Below, one piece after another: positions 59,097 through 64,000 of a stretch of DNA of 64,000 bases. Under the pieces are notes generated by a model that made no database searches, had not been told where the DNA came from, and saw only the letters and a program-made list of their open reading frames with translations. Location of the stretch: positions 3,520,001 to 3,584,000 of the forward strand of contig OZ220089.1 of assembly GCA_964291625.2 (NCBI GenBank). The letters run 5' to 3'. Each line of letters begins with the position of its first letter. Within the stretch, counting starts at the first letter, position 1. The DNA comes from Candidatus Latescibacterota bacterium (GTDB lineage Bacteria > Latescibacterota > UBA2968 > UBA8231). A program made the translations under genes and the position numbers.

Positions 59097-60907
59097 ACTG
59101 GGACCTCGCCAGCTACTTCCCGAGCTTCGACAGCTCCGAGAGGGACGCCTTCGAGCGCGCCCTGGCCGACGAGCTGCAGGCCCTGCTGCAGCGCGCCTCG
59201 GAGCTGCCCACCCTCGGCGCCGACAACGCCGGCGACTGGGAGTCGGTTCTCGTCGACGTGGAGGAGCTGTCCCGCCGTCTGAGCCACCTGGGCTCCTATC
59301 TCGGGTGCCTGACCGCCGCCGACGCCGCCGACGAGTCCTACAAGAAGGCGGAGGCCGCCTTCGCCCGCACCGCGGCCGAGGCCGAGAAGCTCGAGGTCGA
59401 GCTGCAGCGCGGCCTGAAGCAGGCTTCCGCCGCCGCCGTCGACGGGCTCGCCCGCCGCCCCGCCCTCGACGGCTGCGCCTACCACCTGCGGCGGATGCGC
59501 CAGGAGGCCCGGCGGACCATGAGTCCGGCGGAGGAGCGCCTCTCCGCCGATCTCGGCGTCGACGGCATCCACGCCTGGGGGCGCCTCTACGACACGCTCT
59601 CGGGCAAGCTCGAGTTCGACATGCCCTGGCCCGACGGCCGCCGCGAGCGCCTGCCCATGGCGCAGAGACGCTCCCTCATGTCGCATCCCGACCGCGCCGT
59701 GCGCCGCGCCGCCTTCGAAGGCGGCAACGCCGCCTGGGAGGGGGTTCAGGACGTCGCCGCGGCGGCGATCAACGCCATCTCCGGGACCCGTCTCACCCTC
59801 AACCGCCACCGCGGCGTCGACCACTTCCTCGACACCGCCCTGTTCCAGGCGCGCATCACCCGGCGTTCCCTCGAGGCCCTCTTCGAGGCGATCTACGACC
59901 GCGCCGAGCTCGCGCGCCGCGTCTTCCGCTTCAAGGCGGAGGCCATGGGCGCCCCCGGCGTCGCCTGGTACGACCTGGAGGCGCCGCTTCCCGCCGCCGG
60001 CGAGGAGAAGCACCTCTCGTGGGAGGAGGCGCGCTCGTGGGTGGAGGAGGCCTTCGCCGCCGCCTACCCCGCCCTCGGCGAGTTCACGGCGCAGATGAGC
60101 GAGCGCCGCTGGATCGAGTGGGAGCCCCGGCCCGGCAAGCGGCCGGGGGCGTTCTGCACCGGTTCGCTGCTGACCATGGAGCCGCGGGTGTACATGACCT
60201 TCAACGGCCGCCTCGGCGATGTGCGCACCCTCGCCCACGAGGCCGGTCACGCCTTCCACCACCACCTCCTGCGTCGGACTCGCCCCTTCCTCCACCACTA
60301 CCCCATGACCCTGGCCGAGTCGGCCTCCACCTTCGGGGAGATGATCCTCACCGAGGGCGTCCTCTCCGACCCCGCGGTGAGCGACGAGGACAAGCTCCGC
60401 GTCCTCGACATGGAGGCCGCCCACGGCGCCGTCTATCTCATGGACATTCCGGTGCGCTTCGAGTTCGAGAAGGCCTTCCACGAGGAGCGCCTGGAGGAGG
60501 AGGTCGAGGTCAGCCGCCTGTGCGGGCTCATGGCGCGGACCCAGCGCCGCCTCTTCGGCGACGCCCTGGAGGAGGGCGGCGAGGACCCCCTGTTCTGGGC
60601 CTCCAAGCTGCACTTCTACATCACCAGCCTGACCTTCTACAACTTCCCCTACACCTTCGGCTTCCTCCTCAGCCGCGGGCTCTTCGCCCGCTTCCGCGAG
60701 GAGGGCGCCGCTTTCCTGCCCCGCTACGAGGAGTTCCTGCGGCGCGCGGGCTCCGACTCGGCCGAGAACGTGGCCCGCGAGTCGATCGGCGCCGACCTGG
60801 AGTCGCCCCGGTTCTGGCTGGAGGCGATCGACACCCTCCGGGAGCCGATCGAGCGCATGGAGGAGTTGTGGTCGCGGCAGGCGCCGCGGCCGGGCGGCCG
60901 CAGCTGA
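59093..60907 (+). CDS. pepF: M3B oligoendopeptidase F
   Basis: MNWDL, GKRPGAFC, HEAGHAFH, AESAS and FYNFPY motifs. Confidence 0.92.
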   Translation: MNWDLASYFPSFDSSERDAFERALADELQALLQRASELPTLGADNAGDWESVLVDVEELSRRLSHLGSYLGCLTAADAADESYKKAEAAFARTAAEAEKLEVELQRGLKQASAAAVDGLARRPALDGCAYHLRRMRQEARRTMSPAEERLSADLGVDGIHAWGRLYDTLSGKLEFDMPWPDGRRERLPMAQRRSLMSHPDRAVRRAAFEGGNAAWEGVQDVAAAAINAISGTRLTLNRHRGVDHFLDTALFQARITRRSLEALFEAIYDRAELARRVFRFKAEAMGAPGVAWYDLEAPLPAAGEEKHLSWEEARSWVEEAFAAAYPALGEFTAQMSERRWIEWEPRPGKRPGAFCTGSLLTMEPRVYMTFNGRLGDVRTLAHEAGHAFHHHLLRRTRPFLHHYPMTLAESASTFGEMILTEGVLSDPAVSDEDKLRVLDMEAAHGAVYLMDIPVRFEFEKAFHEERLEEEVEVSRLCGLMARTQRRLFGDALEEGGEDPLFWASKLHFYITSLTFYNFPYTFGFLLSRGLFARFREEGAAFLPRYEEFLRRAGSDSAENVARESIGADLESPRFWLEAIDTLREPIERMEELWSRQAPRPGGRS

Positions 60908-60941
60908 GGCGGGCCCCCCGCCGGGCCAGGCACGGGGCCGC

Positions 60942-61787
60942 TCAGTTGGGGGAGAACTCCCCGAGCATCTCGCCGCAGTTGTCGCGCAGCTTCGTCAGGG
61001 CGCGGTTGCGCAGCTGGCGCACGCGCTCGCGGGTGACGCCCAGGCAGTCGCCGATCTCCTCGAGGGTCATGGGCTCGGAGCCGCCGAGGCCGAAGTAGGC
61101 GCGCACGATCTCGCCCTCGCGCTCGTCGAGCTGACTCAGGCACGAGGACAGGCGGTCGCGCATCTCGGCCTCCTCGAAGCGGGCGTCGGCGCCGGTCTCG
61201 GGGGCCGCGTAGACCGACAGCAGGGGCGCCGCCTCGCCGGGGTAGGCGGGGGCGTCGAGGGACAGGTCGTGCTGGCCCACGTCCAGGGCGTTGCGGGTGC
61301 GCTCGGCGCTGATGTCGACGCGCTCGGCGATCTCGGCGCTCGTGGGCAAGCGGCCCAGGCTCTGGGCCAGCTGCCCGGCCTCGCGCTCGATCTTCTGGAG
61401 GTCGTTGATCTGGCTCATGGGGGGCCGCGCCACGCGGCCCTGGAGGGCCAGGGCCTTGAGGATCGCCTGCCGGATCCACCACACCGCGTAGGTGATGAAC
61501 TTGAACCCCCGGGTCTCGTCGAAGCGCTTCACCGCCTCCAGGAGGCCCACGTTGCCCTCGGAGATCAGCTCGCCGAGGGAGAGGCCGTAGTCCTTGTAGT
61601 CGCGGGCGACGCTGACCACGAAGCGCAGGTTGGCCTCGATGATCCGCTGCCGAGCACCTTCGTCCCCCCCGCGCAAGCGGGTGAACAGCTCGACCTCGCG
61701 CTCCCGGCTGAGGGGCTCGTTGTCCTTGATCTCGCGCCAGTAGAGCTCGGCGGCGTCGGTGGTGCTCGTGGGCCTGCTGGCGGCCAT
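60942..61787 (-). CDS. RpoD/SigA-family sigma factor lacking region 1.1 (alternative sigma70)
   Basis: [24 protein letters not shown] and TLEEIG..TRERVRQ motifs. Confidence 0.93.
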   Translation of the reverse strand: MAASRPTSTTDAAELYWREIKDNEPLSREREVELFTRLRGGDEGARQRIIEANLRFVVSVARDYKDYGLSLGELISEGNVGLLEAVKRFDETRGFKFITYAVWWIRQAILKALALQGRVARPPMSQINDLQKIEREAGQLAQSLGRLPTSAEIAERVDISAERTRNALDVGQHDLSLDAPAYPGEAAPLLSVYAAPETGADARFEEAEMRDRLSSCLSQLDEREGEIVRAYFGLGGSEPMTLEEIGDCLGVTRERVRQLRNRALTKLRDNCGEMLGEFSPN

Positions 61788-61815
61788 TCCGCCCTCCGAA
61801 TCCTCCAGGATCCAA

Positions 61816-61853
61816 ACCTTAACGTGAACGTACCTTAACGTGAACGTAAAGGT
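61816..61853. promoter_or_regulatory. Tandem MerR/LiuR-like operator
   Basis: ACCTTAACGTGAACGT x2; the second copy extends into the palindrome ACCTTAACGT-GA-ACGTAAAGGT. Confidence 0.7.
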
Positions 61854-61920
61854 AACAATAGAGAGGGCAGCCGCACATTGGCAAGCCCTTCCTGTGGGAC
61901 GCCTCAACGGGTGTATCGGT

Positions 61921-62367
61921 TCACTCGGAATCGGGACGCCGCCGCAGGCTCTTCTTCCGGGACTGGTGCATCTTGGCTTCGCGGCGGCGGGCGATCGCCG
62001 CCCGTCCCGGCCTCGTGCGCCGCCGCGGGGGGCCGGGAGGACGCAGGGCTTCGGCCATGAGGGCCTGGAAGCGCTCGATGCAGTGGAGGCGGTTGCGGGT
62101 CTGGGACCGGTGCCGGGAGGAGGCGACCACCAGCTCGCCGGCGCGGTTGAGGCGGTCTGCCAGCCGGGCCAGGGCGCGTTGGCGCAGCTCGACGGGGAGA
62201 CGGGGACAGGCCGCCACGTCGAAGCGCAGCTCGACGCGGGTGTTGACCTTGTTCACGTGCTGCCCCCCGGGGCCGGGGCTGCGGCTGAAGGAGAACCGCA
62301 GCTCGGAGAGGGGCAGGCGGACGCCCCCCGGAAGGTCGATCCCGTCGCGGCTCTGGAGAGGTTCCAT
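61921..62367 (-). CDS. arfB: Alternative ribosome-rescue peptidyl-tRNA hydrolase ArfB
   Basis: [19 protein letters not shown] and a basic tail. Confidence 0.93.
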   Translation of the reverse strand: MEPLQSRDGIDLPGGVRLPLSELRFSFSRSPGPGGQHVNKVNTRVELRFDVAACPRLPVELRQRALARLADRLNRAGELVVASSRHRSQTRNRLHCIERFQALMAEALRPPGPPRRRTRPGRAAIARRREAKMHQSRKKSLRRRPDSE

Positions 62368-62391
62368 GGGCGGTATCTATACTATCCCGTC

Positions 62392-63567
62392 ATGCCAGCG
62401 AAATACAGAGCCGCCATCGTCGGCTGCGGCGGCATTGGACAGGCCCACATGGAGGGCTATGCCCTCGTCGACGGAGTCGAGGTGGTGGCCGTGGCCGATC
62501 CCGTGGCCGAGGCCCGGACCCGCTACATCGAGGAGGTCTATCCCCACCTGAACCTGCGGGGCTTCGAGAGCGTGGAGGAGATGCTCGCCGAGGCGAAACC
62601 CGACATCGTCAGCGTCTGCACCTGGCACCTGCTGCACCCGGCGCCGACGATCGCCGCCGCCGAGGCCGGCGTCGGAGCGGTGATCTGCGAGAAGCCGATG
62701 GCCATCGGCCTCGGCGCCGCCGACCGCATGGTGGAGGCCTGCGAGGCCAGCGGCACGAAGCTCGTGGTCAGCCACCAGCGGCGCTTCACCAAGGGCTGGG
62801 AGAAGGCCCGCGACCTGATTCGGCAGGGCGCCGTGGGCGAGCCCCTGATGGTGACCAACAAGGTCGCCGACGGGCTGTCGAACTGGGGGACCCACTCCAT
62901 CGACGGCTCGCGCTTCGTCCTCGGCGATCCCGACCCCCGGTGGGTGGTGGGCGCCGTCGAGCGCCTCACCGACCGCTACGAGCGCGGCACGGCGATCGAG
63001 GACTCGTGCCTGGGGCTGGTCCACTTCGAGGGGGACGTGCAGCTCTTCATCCAGTCCGACCTGATGCGCGAGGGGGCCACGGCCGGCGGCTTTCAGATCC
63101 GCGGCACCGAGGGGCTGATGGACGTCAACGAGGGCCGGGTGCGCCTGATGAACGCCGGCGCCGCCGGCTGGCAGGAGATCGATCTCGGCCTCGGGAAGGG
63201 TGGCCAGGCGATCGGCGGCGACACCAACGCCGCCCAGGTGCGCGAACTCGTGCAGTGGCTCGAGGGCGAGGTCGACGAGCACCGCGGCTCCGGCGCGCAG
63301 GCGCGGGTCACGGTGGAGATCATGATGGGTCTCTACGAGTCGGCCCGGCGCCGGCGGGTGATCCACTTCCCGCTGCAGGAGAAGGAGTACCCCCTGGGTC
63401 TCATGATCGAAGCGGGGGAGTTGCCGGTGGAGGCCGAGGGTGGCCGCGACATCCGCGGCTACAAGAGCTGGGAGGGCATCGACCGGGACCGCTACAGGGC
63501 CCTGCGCCGCGAGGGAGTGGCCCACGGCGAGGCCATGAGGCGGCTGCACGAGGAGATGGAGGAATAG
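62392..63567 (+). CDS. Gfo/Idh/MocA family oxidoreductase
   Basis: IVGCGGIG, CEKPMA, HQRRF and WGTHSID motifs. Confidence 0.9.
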   Translation: MPAKYRAAIVGCGGIGQAHMEGYALVDGVEVVAVADPVAEARTRYIEEVYPHLNLRGFESVEEMLAEAKPDIVSVCTWHLLHPAPTIAAAEAGVGAVICEKPMAIGLGAADRMVEACEASGTKLVVSHQRRFTKGWEKARDLIRQGAVGEPLMVTNKVADGLSNWGTHSIDGSRFVLGDPDPRWVVGAVERLTDRYERGTAIEDSCLGLVHFEGDVQLFIQSDLMREGATAGGFQIRGTEGLMDVNEGRVRLMNAGAAGWQEIDLGLGKGGQAIGGDTNAAQVRELVQWLEGEVDEHRGSGAQARVTVEIMMGLYESARRRRVIHFPLQEKEYPLGLMIEAGELPVEAEGGRDIRGYKSWEGIDRDRYRALRREGVAHGEAMRRLHEEMEE

Positions 63568-63568
63568 C

Positions 63569-64000
63569 ATGTACTCGGTTTCCTACGACGGCTCCAACCG
63601 CAAGGTCATGTGGCAGGAGATGCTCCGCCACGAGTTCGAGGAGGCGGTGGAGCAGGCGCCGGTGGTGATCGTGCCCGTGGGCTCGGTGGAGCAGCACGGC
63701 CCCCACTGCCCCATGGACGTCGACATCTCGGCCCCCTTCCACATGGCCGCCGAGGTGGCGCGGAGGGTGGAGGACTTCCCCGTCATCGTGGCGCCGCCGA
63801 TCTGGTCGGGGTTCACCCACTACAACATGGGCTTCGCCGGCACCATCTCCCTGGGCCTCGAGACCTTCCAGGCCCTGGTGGCCGACGTCTGCCGCAGCAT
63901 CCACGCCAACGGCTTCGAGCGCATCGTCACCCTCAACGGCCACGGCGGCAACGCCGCGCCCTGCCGCGCCGTCAGCTGGCAGTTGGCCGAGGAGGACGTC
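63569..64000 (+). CDS. Creatininase family amidohydrolase (runs off the window)
   Basis: PVGSVEQHGPHCPMDVD and LNGHGGN motifs. Confidence 0.9.
   Translation, partial: MYSVSYDGSNRKVMWQEMLRHEFEEAVEQAPVVIVPVGSVEQHGPHCPMDVDISAPFHMAAEVARRVEDFPVIVAPPIWSGFTHYNMGFAGTISLGLETFQALVADVCRSIHANGFERIVTLNGHGGNAAPCRAVSWQLAEEDV

Noticed and set aside
57389-60907. 1172-aa ORF as a fusion protein
   Set aside because: Off-frame read-through of parC; pepF starts at 59093
210-63943. Many long overlapping ORFs in the track (e.g. 53751-58679, 38258-40909, 25340-27301)
   Set aside because: Antisense or alternate-frame shadows of real genes, expected at very high GC; Arg/Pro/Gly-rich with no motifs

Overview
Very GC-rich bacterial chromosome segment with about 60 genes; I saw no rRNA, tRNA, CRISPR array, transposase or integrase. 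It mixes housekeeping genes (trxB, zapA, glmM-like, infA, class I lysS, comEC, fbp, xylA, nadA, dapL, glnS, gltX, DEAD-box helicase, parE/parC, pepF, a short sigma70, arfB) with many catabolic enzymes. This gene mix plus secreted proteins ending in 'VEPSSWGRIK' suggests a Latescibacterota/Poribacteria-like lineage (inference). Best leads: (1) a low-GC two-gene islet encoding a SWIB/MDM2 + J-domain fusion and a DUF4145/HEPN-like protein, a possible chaperone-linked defence or TA module; (2) three tandem secreted CBM9/DOMON-like paralogues with a constant scaffold, variable loops and a SWGxIK tail that also appears on an anti-sigma factor; (3) a gene inserted between 52-bp direct repeats that duplicate the fxsA promoter and start codon; (4) a small RHH protein coupled to nadA with an operator-like palindrome; (5) a duplicated MerR/LiuR-type operator before a sigma factor. 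Apparent extra-base frameshifts in four genes (DUF4145 gene, comEC, paralogue 3, vapC) may be assembly errors. All calls come from reading motifs by eye; no searches were run.
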